Source: Planctomycetota bacterium
Lineage (GTDB): Bacteria > Planctomycetota > UBA8108 > SXIK01
Direction of reading: 5' to 3'
Assembly (NCBI GenBank): GCA_965223265.1
Contig: OZ244999.1
Coordinates: 2,144,001 to 2,208,000 of the forward strand
Length of the DNA stretch: 64,000 nt
Below, in pieces: positions 55,715 to 64,000 of the stretch. Numbering within the stretch: position 1 is the stretch's first letter; each line of letters opens with the position of its first letter. The translations under genes and the position numbers were made by a program. The notes beneath the pieces were generated by a model, which saw nothing but the letters and a program-made list of their open reading frames with translations, did not search any database and was not told the origin of the DNA.

Positions 55715-56706
55715 GCCCCTTCTCCCTGCGACGTCTGAATCCGTTCGATGAGCGCGCCGATTTCGATTTCTTCGATCGAGAGGTCGGCAACGCGGAAGCG
55801 CTCAAGGATCAAACCGGCCGCTCGCGTAACGTTGCGGCGATCGACCGCTACCTTGAGTGTCGCACCGTTCCATTCGAGCACCTCCCCGAGGCTGTCGATC
55901 TGAGCATCCTTGGCTGGCCGGTTGCCGTCGTCGTCATGGAGATGCGCCGTGATAATCTTTTCATTTGCATAGCGGTCCACGACTTCGCGAAGTCCCCCGT
56001 CGTACACGAGCTCGCCATCGCGCAGAATGAGAATGCGTCGACACAGTTTCTCTATGTCGTCCATGTAGTGACTGGTGACGATCATCGCCGGGTTGTACTC
56101 TTCGCGATACTGGAGAATGAAGTCGCGGATCATTCTCTGTGCGGTCAGATCGAGTCCGATCGTCGGCTCGTCGAGATAGACGACACGAGGCGAGTGGAGG
56201 AGCGCTGCGATCAACTCCATTTTCATTCTCTCGCCGAGGGATAGGCGGCGGATCTGTACCGTGATCTCCTGTTCGACACCCAGAAGGCTGGTGAGTCGCG
56301 CGAGGTTTCGATGGTAGTCGGCATCCGGGATCTGATAGATCTCTTTGAGGAGAAGGAAACTGTCGGCGGCTGGAAGATCCCACCATAGCTGCGCCTTTTG
56401 CCCCATGATCAGCGCAATCTGTCGGCGCATACGCTGGTCTCGGCGCCACGGGTCGTACCCGAGGACGCGTGACGTACCGGAAGTAGGGTGTACGATGCCG
56501 GCGAGCATCTTGACCAACGTCGTCTTGCCTGCGCCATTGGCACCGACGAGACCAACGATTTCTCCTTCGCCGATCGAGAATGACACGTTGTCGACTGCGA
56601 CTTTGGCGACGCGCTGGCGCACGAACAACGATTTGAGGGAAGCGAGGAGACCTGGGTCTTTGCGGTGGACGTAATAGGTCTTGGAGAGGTTTTCGACCTC
56701 GATCAT
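55711..56706 (-). CDS. ABC transporter ATP-binding protein
   Basis: Walker A GANGAGKTT, signature LSLGE, Walker B YLDEPTIGLD, H-loop TSHYM. Confidence 0.95.
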   Translation of the reverse strand: MIEVENLSKTYYVHRKDPGLLASLKSLFVRQRVAKVAVDNVSFSIGEGEIVGLVGANGAGKTTLVKMLAGIVHPTSGTSRVLGYDPWRRDQRMRRQIALIMGQKAQLWWDLPAADSFLLLKEIYQIPDADYHRNLARLTSLLGVEQEITVQIRRLSLGERMKMELIAALLHSPRVVYLDEPTIGLDLTAQRMIRDFILQYREEYNPAMIVTSHYMDDIEKLCRRILILRDGELVYDGGLREVVDRYANEKIITAHLHDDDGNRPAKDAQIDSLGEVLEWNGATLKVAVDRRNVTRAAGLILERFRVADLSIEEIEIGALIERIQTSQGEGA

Positions 56707-56927
56707 GGCGGTACGTAGGGGTGCGGCGGGGCGGATGCAGGCCGAATCGACGTGATTCCCCGAATTGGGGAGCGGCTGGCCGAGCGGCGGGCCAACGGCA
56801 AGGCCGAGCGAATCTTACCGCTTTGCCACCAAGGCGTCACCTGACAATGCGGTGGCGCGAGTACATGCCGCACGGAGAGGCTGTGAGTTCTTTGAAACGA
56901 GCCATCGTAACTCACGGACATTTCCGG

Positions 56928-57008
56928 ACGGCACACAGGAGTGTGCCTGCTACTTTAAACAACGAGTCTGCGGCGGTCTATAGTAGCAGGCACACTCCTG
57001 TGTGCCGT
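56928..57008. repeat. Inverted doublet of GTAG-type REP sequences (REPIN-like)
   Basis: Perfect 27-bp inverted repeat ACGGCACACAGGAGTGTGCCTGCTACT (56928-56954) / AGTAGCAGGCACACTCCTGTGTGCCGT (56982-57008), 27-bp spacer; each arm is GTAG + GGCACAC-TCCT-GTGTGCC palindrome. Confidence 0.85.
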
Positions 57009-57288
57009 TCCGAAGGTGTGCGCGAAGCGCTCCGTTCTTCGCGAGCCTGCGACTCCATCGTGCCAGGACCCTCTCACGGTGAGGTCGTGGACGTATTCGG
57101 CGGTGGATAGTGGGAGATCACCGGCTTTCTTTTCTGGAAGGTGACCGGATCGCTCGCGAGCAATGGTGCAGGTGCCGAGTCCGTCGTTCGAAAGATGATC
57201 AAGCGGTAGACTCCTCTCAGTGCCGATAAAAGTCGACTCAGGTTTGCCGCTGTCCTGAAACGCCCGACTGATTCAGAATGGAGCCCTT

Positions 57289-58038
57289 ATGAAAATCCTC
57301 GTTACTCTGAAGCGCACACCGCATCGCGATACGCGTTTGAAGATGACTTCCGACGGAGCGCTGGAGCTCGAGGGCGTACAGTTCGAGGTGAATCCGTTCG
57401 ACGAGCTAGCGATTGAGGAGGCGCTGCGGATCAAGGAACAGGGTCTCGCGACAGAAGTCGTCGTCGCCACGGTAGGTGGTGTGGAATCGCAGGAGCAATT
57501 GATCGCTGCTTTAGCGATGGGAGCCGACCGGGCCGTTCGCGTTGATGTGAGCGACACGCTCGACGCGCTTCAGATCGCAAAGATCCTGGCGGCGATCGTG
57601 AAGCGTGAATCTCCCGCCCTTGTTCTCTCGGGGAAACTAGCCATCGACGATGAATGTGGCCAGGTCCCTCTCATGCTCGCCTCGCTACTTGGATGGCCGA
57701 GCGCCAGTCAGGCGTCGAAAATCGAATGTGCCGGCAATGGCTCGACCGCCCGCGTCAGCTGCGAGGTCGACGCTGGGATCGAGACCGTCGAGCTCACTCT
57801 GCCGGCATTGATCACCGCGGATCTGCGCCTCAACGAACCGCGCTACGCGTCGCTACCGGGAATCATGAAGGCGAAGAAGAAGCCGATGGAAATGTTGACG
57901 ATGGCAGACTGCGGTGAAGTTGGAGGACCACGTCACCACGTCGTCAACTACAGCAGTCTGCCAACTCGAGCCAGCGGTCAGCGAGTCGAAGATGTCGAGA
58001 CACTCGCGGCGGCCTTGGCGGCGAGAAGACCGTCGTGA
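57289..58038 (+). CDS. etfB: Electron transfer flavoprotein beta subunit
   Basis: NPFDELAIEEALRIKE, ALAMGADRA, GKLAIDD, LNEPRYASLPGIMKAKKKP. Confidence 0.95.
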   Translation: MKILVTLKRTPHRDTRLKMTSDGALELEGVQFEVNPFDELAIEEALRIKEQGLATEVVVATVGGVESQEQLIAALAMGADRAVRVDVSDTLDALQIAKILAAIVKRESPALVLSGKLAIDDECGQVPLMLASLLGWPSASQASKIECAGNGSTARVSCEVDAGIETVELTLPALITADLRLNEPRYASLPGIMKAKKKPMEMLTMADCGEVGGPRHHVVNYSSLPTRASGQRVEDVETLAAALAARRPS

Positions 58039-58042
58039 GGGC

Positions 58043-59053
58043 ATGATGAGCATCGACGCGCTGGCAATCCTTGGTCCGTGCAGCCCAGAAAGTGACGCTG
58101 CACCGCGAAAGAGTGACCGAGCGGCTCTCGGTTTTGCGCAGGACTTCGTGAGTCAAACGGAAGGGGAGTTCGACGTCCTCAGCATCGGGCCGCACGCCGG
58201 GTCGTGGCTCGACGCGGTGCGACGATTCGGGGCACGGAAGGTCTACGTCGCCGATCACCATGATCTGCAACCCTACACCGCGGAGGGGTATGAAGCTGCG
58301 GCAGCTCAGCACATTGCGGCACACACATATCGCTGCGTCGTCGCGGCGACGACGTCGCCAGCTCGGGAGTTTCTGCCGCGGCTCGCCGCTCGTCTTGACG
58401 CGCCCATGGCGACCGACGTTGTCGCCCTCGGCGAGACGACGCCCGAAGCCGTCCGTCTCACTCGCGCGGTCTTTGTCGGCAACTTGCTTGCGACCGTCGA
58501 GATGCGCGGTCCGAATGGCGTAGTGACCTGCCGGCCGTCTGAGTTCACAGGCTCAGAGACGAGCGAGATGTCGCCGCATGCGTCCGTCGAACTCAATTCT
58601 CCACTGGTGCACGCCCGCAAGTCGAACGTCGTGCTCGAAGCCGCATGCTCGACGCGTCCTGATCTCAAAGAAGCCGAGGTCGTTGTGTCGATCGGTCGCG
58701 GCGCTAAAGGGGACGAAGGGGTCGCCCTTGCGGGAGAGCTTGCAGATTGCCTTGGCGGGGCGCTCGGCGCGACTCGCGCGGTTGTCGACGCCGGCTGGCT
58801 GCCGAACGAACTGCAGGTGGGCCAGACTGGAAAGATCGTCGCTCCGGATGTTTACATCGCGATCGGACTGTCCGGTTCTATCCAGCATCTGGCCGGCATG
58901 CGAAACTCGAAGTTTATTGTGGCGATCAACAAGGACCCAGACGCACCGATTTTTGGTGTCGCCGACATCGGTCTCGTTGCAGACCTTTTCCAAGCGGTAC
59001 CGGAATTGACGCGACAGCTGCGCCAGCGGGAGAAGAGTCATGGCGGCGGTTAA
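58043..59053 (+). CDS. etfA: Electron transfer flavoprotein alpha subunit
   Basis: [45 protein letters not shown]. Confidence 0.95.
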   Translation: MMSIDALAILGPCSPESDAAPRKSDRAALGFAQDFVSQTEGEFDVLSIGPHAGSWLDAVRRFGARKVYVADHHDLQPYTAEGYEAAAAQHIAAHTYRCVVAATTSPAREFLPRLAARLDAPMATDVVALGETTPEAVRLTRAVFVGNLLATVEMRGPNGVVTCRPSEFTGSETSEMSPHASVELNSPLVHARKSNVVLEAACSTRPDLKEAEVVVSIGRGAKGDEGVALAGELADCLGGALGATRAVVDAGWLPNELQVGQTGKIVAPDVYIAIGLSGSIQHLAGMRNSKFIVAINKDPDAPIFGVADIGLVADLFQAVPELTRQLRQREKSHGGG

Positions 59054-59176
59054 GGTTCGCGCCGCTACACTGGAGAATGGGCGCCACGCCGCACGATCCC
59101 GCGCTCATGACAGCGTGCGTCGCGCGATCGTTGCGAGCGTGGTCGAGCCGTCACTGACGAGCCGCCGGCGATCTAC

Positions 59177-61249
59177 GTGAACCCTCAAGACATCACTCGC
59201 GAGATCCTTTGGAATGTGCCGGCCTGGGCGCAGTGGCTCTTCTACGGCATGACGCTTGTCGCCGCCAGCGTCTGCGTCGGCGGCTATGTGCGGCGCTGGC
59301 GGGCGTGGCGACGCGGTCGGCCGGTGGCGCAGACCCTCGCACGGGAGTCGCTGTCGACGCGCGTCCTGACCTTTCTCGCGCAAGCGGTGTTCCACGTAAA
59401 GATCTGGCGATCCGGGCTTGCCGGTTGGAGCCACGCAGCGATTTTTTGGGGCTTCGTAGTCCTTTTCATCGGGACGTGCATCGTGGCGGTCGAGCACTAC
59501 GGTGCGGCGATTTTTGGGGTCACGCCGTTCGTTTTCTACGGCGACTTTTACCTGGTCGTATCCTGCGCGCTCGATCTCTTTGGTTGCATCTTTCTGGCAG
59601 GAGTGGTGGGGGCTGCGATCCGACGGATCAGCGAGAGTCGCTTGCGGCCACTTCGCAGACGGATCGACATCGCAATTCTTCTCTTGTTCATTGGGCTCGG
59701 ATTGACTGGCTTTGTGACCGAAGGGTTGAGAATCGCCGCGCAGCCGGGAGGACTTGAGGCAGCTACCTTTGAGCGTTGGTCGTTCGTCGGTTGGGCGCTC
59801 GCGCACGCAGTTTCCGGACTTGAGTCGGACGTTCTCCGCGGCGCACACCTGGCGATTTGGCTGTTCCACGCCATGTTGTCGCTTGCCTTCATCGCCCTAT
59901 TGCCGTTTTGCAAGCTGCGACACATCGTGATCGCTCCGTTTCATCTTTTCTCACGACCGAATCGTCGTGTCGGCACACTCTCAAGAGTTTCGATGGAGGA
60001 GGTCGAGGCCGAAGAGCGCTATGGTGTTTCCCAGGTCGAGCACTTCACGCGCGACCAGCTACGCAGCTTCGACACGTGCACCGAGTGCGCTCGCTGCCAC
60101 AACGTCTGCCCCGCATCGCAAAGCGGTAAACCGCTCTCACCCATGCGCTTGGTCACGAAGCTCGCGGCCGCAACGCAGACGGCGAATGCGGGGTCGGAAC
60201 CTCGCGGGGAATCAGACTCTGAGGCGGCGACGACGCTCCACGGCGAAATCGTCGGCGAGGAGGAGTTGTGGGCCTGCACTACGTGCGCTGCGTGCGTCGA
60301 CGAGTGCCCTGTGATGATCGATCAGCTCGAGGCGATCGTCGACCTGAGGAGATTCCTCGTCGGTGAAGGCATGATCCGTGGAAGTGCCCAGGCGGCGCTG
60401 CGTTCGAGCGCCGCGGGCAACCCTTGGGGGCTGCCTCAGTCCGAGCGGCTTGCTTGGGCCGAAGGATTGGAGGTGCCGACCTTAGCGGACGAACCCGAGC
60501 CGGAGGTTCTCCTCTGGGTCGGCTGCGCAGGAAGCTTCGACCGGCGCAGCCAACGAGTATCCCGCGCTCTAGTGAAGATCCTGCGCTGCGCTGGCGTCAA
60601 GTTCGCGGTTCTTGGCGAGTGCGAGCGGTGCACGGGAGACCCGGCTCGGCGTCTCGGCGATGAGTTCACCTTTGCGGCGCTGGCGGAGGAAAACGTCGCG
60701 TCACTGAATGCGACCGGTGTGCGAAAGATCCTGACCACGTGCCCGCACTGTTTCAATTCGCTCAAGAACGACTATCCGAGTGTCGGCGGAAACTATGACG
60801 TCGTTCATCACTCGCAGTATGTTCGGGATCTCTTGGAAACCGGCCGGTTGCGTTTGCGTGAAAGCAACGAGTCAGTAGCGCGGACCGTTGCCTACCATGA
60901 CGCTTGCTACCTTGGCCGCCACAATGGTGAGTACGACGCGCCGAGGGACTTGATCGCGGCTGCAGGCGCTACGACCGTTGAGGCGGAAGCGTCGCGGCGG
61001 CAGGGGCTGTGCTGCGGTGCCGGGGGTGGGCGTATGTGGATGGAGGAGGCACCTGAGCAGCGCGTCAATGCGGCGCGCTGGAAGCAGCTTGAGGTCCTGA
61101 CTCCCGACGTCGTGACTGTGTCTTGTCCGTTCTGTATGACGATGCTCACTGACGCAGCGCAGCAGAAGGAGAGCGGGATTGACGTCAAGGACATCGCCGA
61201 GATCGTCGCCGAGAAGTTGGCCCCTGCCGACGGATCCGAGGTGTCGTGA
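59177..61249 (+). CDS. Membrane-bound Fe-S oxidoreductase (FadF/HdrD-like; probable ETF:quinone oxidoreductase)
   Basis: NarI-like TM region with His residues; two CxxCxxCxxxCP ferredoxin motifs; two CCG-type domains (CTGD..TCPHC; YHDACYLGR..CCGAGGG..CPFC). Confidence 0.88.
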   Translation: MNPQDITREILWNVPAWAQWLFYGMTLVAASVCVGGYVRRWRAWRRGRPVAQTLARESLSTRVLTFLAQAVFHVKIWRSGLAGWSHAAIFWGFVVLFIGTCIVAVEHYGAAIFGVTPFVFYGDFYLVVSCALDLFGCIFLAGVVGAAIRRISESRLRPLRRRIDIAILLLFIGLGLTGFVTEGLRIAAQPGGLEAATFERWSFVGWALAHAVSGLESDVLRGAHLAIWLFHAMLSLAFIALLPFCKLRHIVIAPFHLFSRPNRRVGTLSRVSMEEVEAEERYGVSQVEHFTRDQLRSFDTCTECARCHNVCPASQSGKPLSPMRLVTKLAAATQTANAGSEPRGESDSEAATTLHGEIVGEEELWACTTCAACVDECPVMIDQLEAIVDLRRFLVGEGMIRGSAQAALRSSAAGNPWGLPQSERLAWAEGLEVPTLADEPEPEVLLWVGCAGSFDRRSQRVSRALVKILRCAGVKFAVLGECERCTGDPARRLGDEFTFAALAEENVASLNATGVRKILTTCPHCFNSLKNDYPSVGGNYDVVHHSQYVRDLLETGRLRLRESNESVARTVAYHDACYLGRHNGEYDAPRDLIAAAGATTVEAEASRRQGLCCGAGGGRMWMEEAPEQRVNAARWKQLEVLTPDVVTVSCPFCMTMLTDAAQQKESGIDVKDIAEIVAEKLAPADGSEVS

Positions 61250-61423
61250 AGGACGGAAACGATCTCATGTCCGAGTCGCCGTGCACGACTTAGCCGCACC
61301 GTCTCGAGGCGTTGAGGGCGCACGCCGTTTTGATCGTCGCGCTTTCGCAGCGGATGGCGGCGATTGCGCGCTAGTGAACGGGCGCACCGATGCCGCGTCG
61401 AACGACAAATGCGCGTCGCACGA

Positions 61424-62527
61424 CTACGACGTGGGGCCTACCGCTGGCGGCACGGGGGCAGGGCCATCTTCTTTGAGCAACTCGGCGACCCGTCGCTCAA
61501 GGTCCAGGCCGCGTAGTTGTTGGTAGCGCAGACGACCGTGGCGGTCGAGCAGAAACGTGGCGGGGATACGCCGGATGCCATACTCTTGTGCTAACCTGGT
61601 CTTCCAACCGCCGCCCTCGCACACTTGCCGCCACGTCGCGCCTCGTCTGCGCGTCATGTTGCGGACCTTCGAGGATGACTTCTGGCGGTCCAGCGAGATG
61701 CCGACAACCTCGAATCCTTGATCCTTGTACTTCTTGTACGTCGCCACGACGTTAGGGAGTTCCCTCAGACATGGTCCGCACCAGGTCGCCCAGAAATCGA
61801 TCAAGACCACTTTTCCTTTGTAATCACTGATCGAAAAACTGTCGCCGTCGATGTCTACAGCCTTAAGCGACCGAAAGTCGCGTCCTCCCTTGGCACCTTC
61901 ACTTGACTTGCCACGGTCCGGTGTCGCAGCGCGCGGCGCGGCAGCTCGCGTGCCGTAAAGGTCCTGAATCACTTTCTGTTTCGCCGTCGCGCTCAATTCG
62001 CTATCCGTCAATAGCTGTACGAGCAGGTGGTTCAGGAAGTCCTGCCCAGAATTCGTCGTGTCTCGGCGAACCGAGGCCGCAATTCTCTTGTAAACGCCAG
62101 CTCGATCGCGGCTGAACTCTACGGCGAACGGCAGCGTGAGTTTTGCCGTGTCGTAGTCGCGATCCACGACCGAGCTGCCGGTCCTCGACAGCATGATCAA
62201 GCCAATGTAGGGCGAATAAACGGAATCGGGAAAGTCACGATACTCGCGGACGTACTCGAGCATGATCGCGTTCGCCTTTTCGGCGTCGTGAACGAGATAG
62301 CGAGCGACGCCCTCGACGAAGGCGTACTCACCGAGATCGAGGGAAGTCACGGTGAGTTTAGTCAGCCAAAGCTGGATGTCGTCACGCCGTTTTTGGATCT
62401 CAGGCCCTGACGCTTTTCTCGCCACGAGTGCCTCGAGCTCGCTTAGGCACTGTTCACGCGTCCATTCGCCGCTCCATGCTAGCGGCGAAGCAGCGAGCGC
62501 CATGAAGAAGCAAACTGCTCGGATCAT
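61424..62527 (-). CDS. Exported TlpA/ResA-family thiol-disulfide oxidoreductase with helical N-terminal domain
   Basis: Signal peptide MIRAVCFFMALAASPLAWS; GKVVLIDFWATWCGPC, GISLD, IPATFLLDRHG. Confidence 0.9.
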   Translation of the reverse strand: MIRAVCFFMALAASPLAWSGEWTREQCLSELEALVARKASGPEIQKRRDDIQLWLTKLTVTSLDLGEYAFVEGVARYLVHDAEKANAIMLEYVREYRDFPDSVYSPYIGLIMLSRTGSSVVDRDYDTAKLTLPFAVEFSRDRAGVYKRIAASVRRDTTNSGQDFLNHLLVQLLTDSELSATAKQKVIQDLYGTRAAAPRAATPDRGKSSEGAKGGRDFRSLKAVDIDGDSFSISDYKGKVVLIDFWATWCGPCLRELPNVVATYKKYKDQGFEVVGISLDRQKSSSKVRNMTRRRGATWRQVCEGGGWKTRLAQEYGIRRIPATFLLDRHGRLRYQQLRGLDLERRVAELLKEDGPAPVPPAVGPTS

Positions 62528-62811
62528 TTCGTTCCTAGGCAACATACACGGTATACTTGGCGTCTTTCGGCCAACGGGCTGGTGGTGAAGTTGGGATTCG
62601 GGAGGCATCCGGCAGAAAAGCGACTGACTCCGTCAAATATATGGAGAATGGTTGTCGATGGGTAGGTCGGATCTGCGAACAAATCTCGTGCCGGCATTGT
62701 TTGCCGCAGTGGCTCGGTCGGCGCGCCGCCCGAAGCGGAGGCCCACAGCAGGCTTCGGTTGATATGAAGGCGTCGCTTTGGCGCCGGACTGGACAGCGAA
62801 GAGCGGTGTGA

Positions 62812-63504
62812 ATGATGAGAGTTTCCTTTGTGACGTGCTTCCGCGACGCGGAGAAGTACGAGCGTTGCCGCATTTCGATCGCACAGCTGAGTCGAGCTCC
62901 TGGCGTGGCGATCGACGTCGTTGCCTGCGACAATCGGGCGGGACTGGAGTCGTCGCCGCAGGCTCTGAACCGTGGCCGAGGCGTTGCACGTGGTGACATT
63001 ATCGTCTTCTGCCACGAGGACGTCGTGTTTCCGCCTCGTTGGCTCGTCTCCCTCCAAGATACGCTCGTGCAGCTAGAGAACCGGTCGCCGCGCTGGGCTG
63101 TCTTGGGGCCGATGGGGAGGCAAGCCAAGCGTTTCCTGGGTCATGCGCTCGATGGCGACGGGCAGGCGGCGTACTACGGACCGTTACCGGCGATCGTTGA
63201 CACGCTCGATGAGTTTTGTCTTATCGTGCCGGCAAGCTGTCCTCTCCGATTTGACGAGCAGCTCGGCGGACATCATCTCTACGGCGCCGACCTTTGTATT
63301 CAGGCGCAGGAGGCAAGTCTCGGTTGCTACGCCGGGGATCTACCGTGCGCACATCATTCGCGGACTCGGCATCGGCCGCCCGACTATCACGTGATCAAGC
63401 GCCGGCTCCAGCGCAAGTGGATGTTCAGGCGTCGCCGCGTCGGTCGGTTGATCGGTACGACGTGCGGTCGGATACGCTTCGGGGTTTTCGAGGGCTGGAT
63501 CTAG
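62812..63504 (+). CDS. GT2-like glycosyltransferase
   Basis: ALNRG, IIVFCHEDV, TLDEFC, FDE..HLYGADLC. Confidence 0.8.
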   Translation: MMRVSFVTCFRDAEKYERCRISIAQLSRAPGVAIDVVACDNRAGLESSPQALNRGRGVARGDIIVFCHEDVVFPPRWLVSLQDTLVQLENRSPRWAVLGPMGRQAKRFLGHALDGDGQAAYYGPLPAIVDTLDEFCLIVPASCPLRFDEQLGGHHLYGADLCIQAQEASLGCYAGDLPCAHHSRTRHRPPDYHVIKRRLQRKWMFRRRRVGRLIGTTCGRIRFGVFEGWI

Positions 63505-63803
63505 CTCGCTCCCGACTTAGTCTCGGATTCCACCTGAGACGGCGTTCGCCCCCACGCAAACGCCCACGGTCGCGCCTACGCCCACGCAAGCGCTTATCAA
63601 GCGCTCATCAAACGCCGTCGCGTCGGGCGTCGGTGGCGATCGTTACCGAGGTACTTGCCGCCACCTTCTTTCGCGCGAGTTGGGGTTCGCCTGCGCCCTC
63701 GGCTCTGGAATCGGAGCGATTTGAGGCAACGAAACCCGGCAGTTTGATCGAAGAAGTGGAACAGGGTGGAGACCGTTCGCGAGACGTAGATTATCGGAGA
63801 GCC

Positions 63804-64000
63804 ATGCCGACAACGCCGAGCCGTGCGAAGCTGCCCCCGACGCGCGGAAACACGTGTGCCGTCGTCGTCACCTATCATTCCGACGATCAGCTCTTCGAGC
63901 GTCTGTCTGCTGTCGCGTCGCAAGTGGACCGTGTGTTCATCGTGGACAACGCGTCTTCGCCGGACGAAGTCCAAGCTCTGCGCCAGGGCGTCTCCGCCTT
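63804..64000 (+). CDS. 5' part of a GT2 glycosyltransferase (rhamnosyltransferase-like), truncated by the window edge
   Basis: GGAG RBS, ATG 63804; CAVVVTYH...QVDRVFIVDNAS. Confidence 0.75.
   Translation, partial: MPTTPSRAKLPPTRGNTCAVVVTYHSDDQLFERLSAVASQVDRVFIVDNASSPDEVQALRQGVSA

Noticed and set aside
56928-57008. Repeat-spacer-repeat resembling a CRISPR unit
   Set aside because: The repeats are inverted, not direct, and have GTAG-REP structure
63547-63592. Short CGCCCACG repeats between two glycosyltransferase genes
   Set aside because: Three to four degenerate 8-mers in GC-rich DNA, consistent with simple slippage

Overview
A GC-rich bacterial chromosomal segment, probably from Planctomycetota. 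That placement is inferred from the PilM-PilN fusion, TPR-bearing lipoprotein secretins, rhomboid architecture and REP family. It holds about 45 genes: housekeeping (coaD, mtaB, family-4 uracil-DNA glycosylase, rsmE, rplM-rpsI, purB, etfBA plus a membrane Fe-S oxidoreductase, LptD-like protein), ABC transporter parts, a P450, and one intact IS4-family element with a 10-bp target duplication. The most striking region is 9.5-26.4 kb. There a PilM/N/O-like alignment module and two paralogous TPR-lipoprotein secretins bracket two TPR proteins and a complete ExbB/ExbD/ExbD proton-channel motor, with no pilin, PilC platform or assembly ATPase in the locus. This is a candidate pmf-driven secretin machine. 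A glycosylation operon centred on a TMTC-like GT-C/TPR transferase follows it. Other notable observations are three apparent pseudoenzymes (a CheA-like protein without kinase motifs, a TlpA-like domain without CXXC, and a Zn-dehydrogenase without catalytic Zn ligands next to an intact paralogue), a family of ~170-bp palindromic MITE-like elements (at least 4 copies), and a perfect inverted REP doublet. No rRNA, tRNA or CRISPR array was found. All assignments come from motifs read by eye; no database searches were run.
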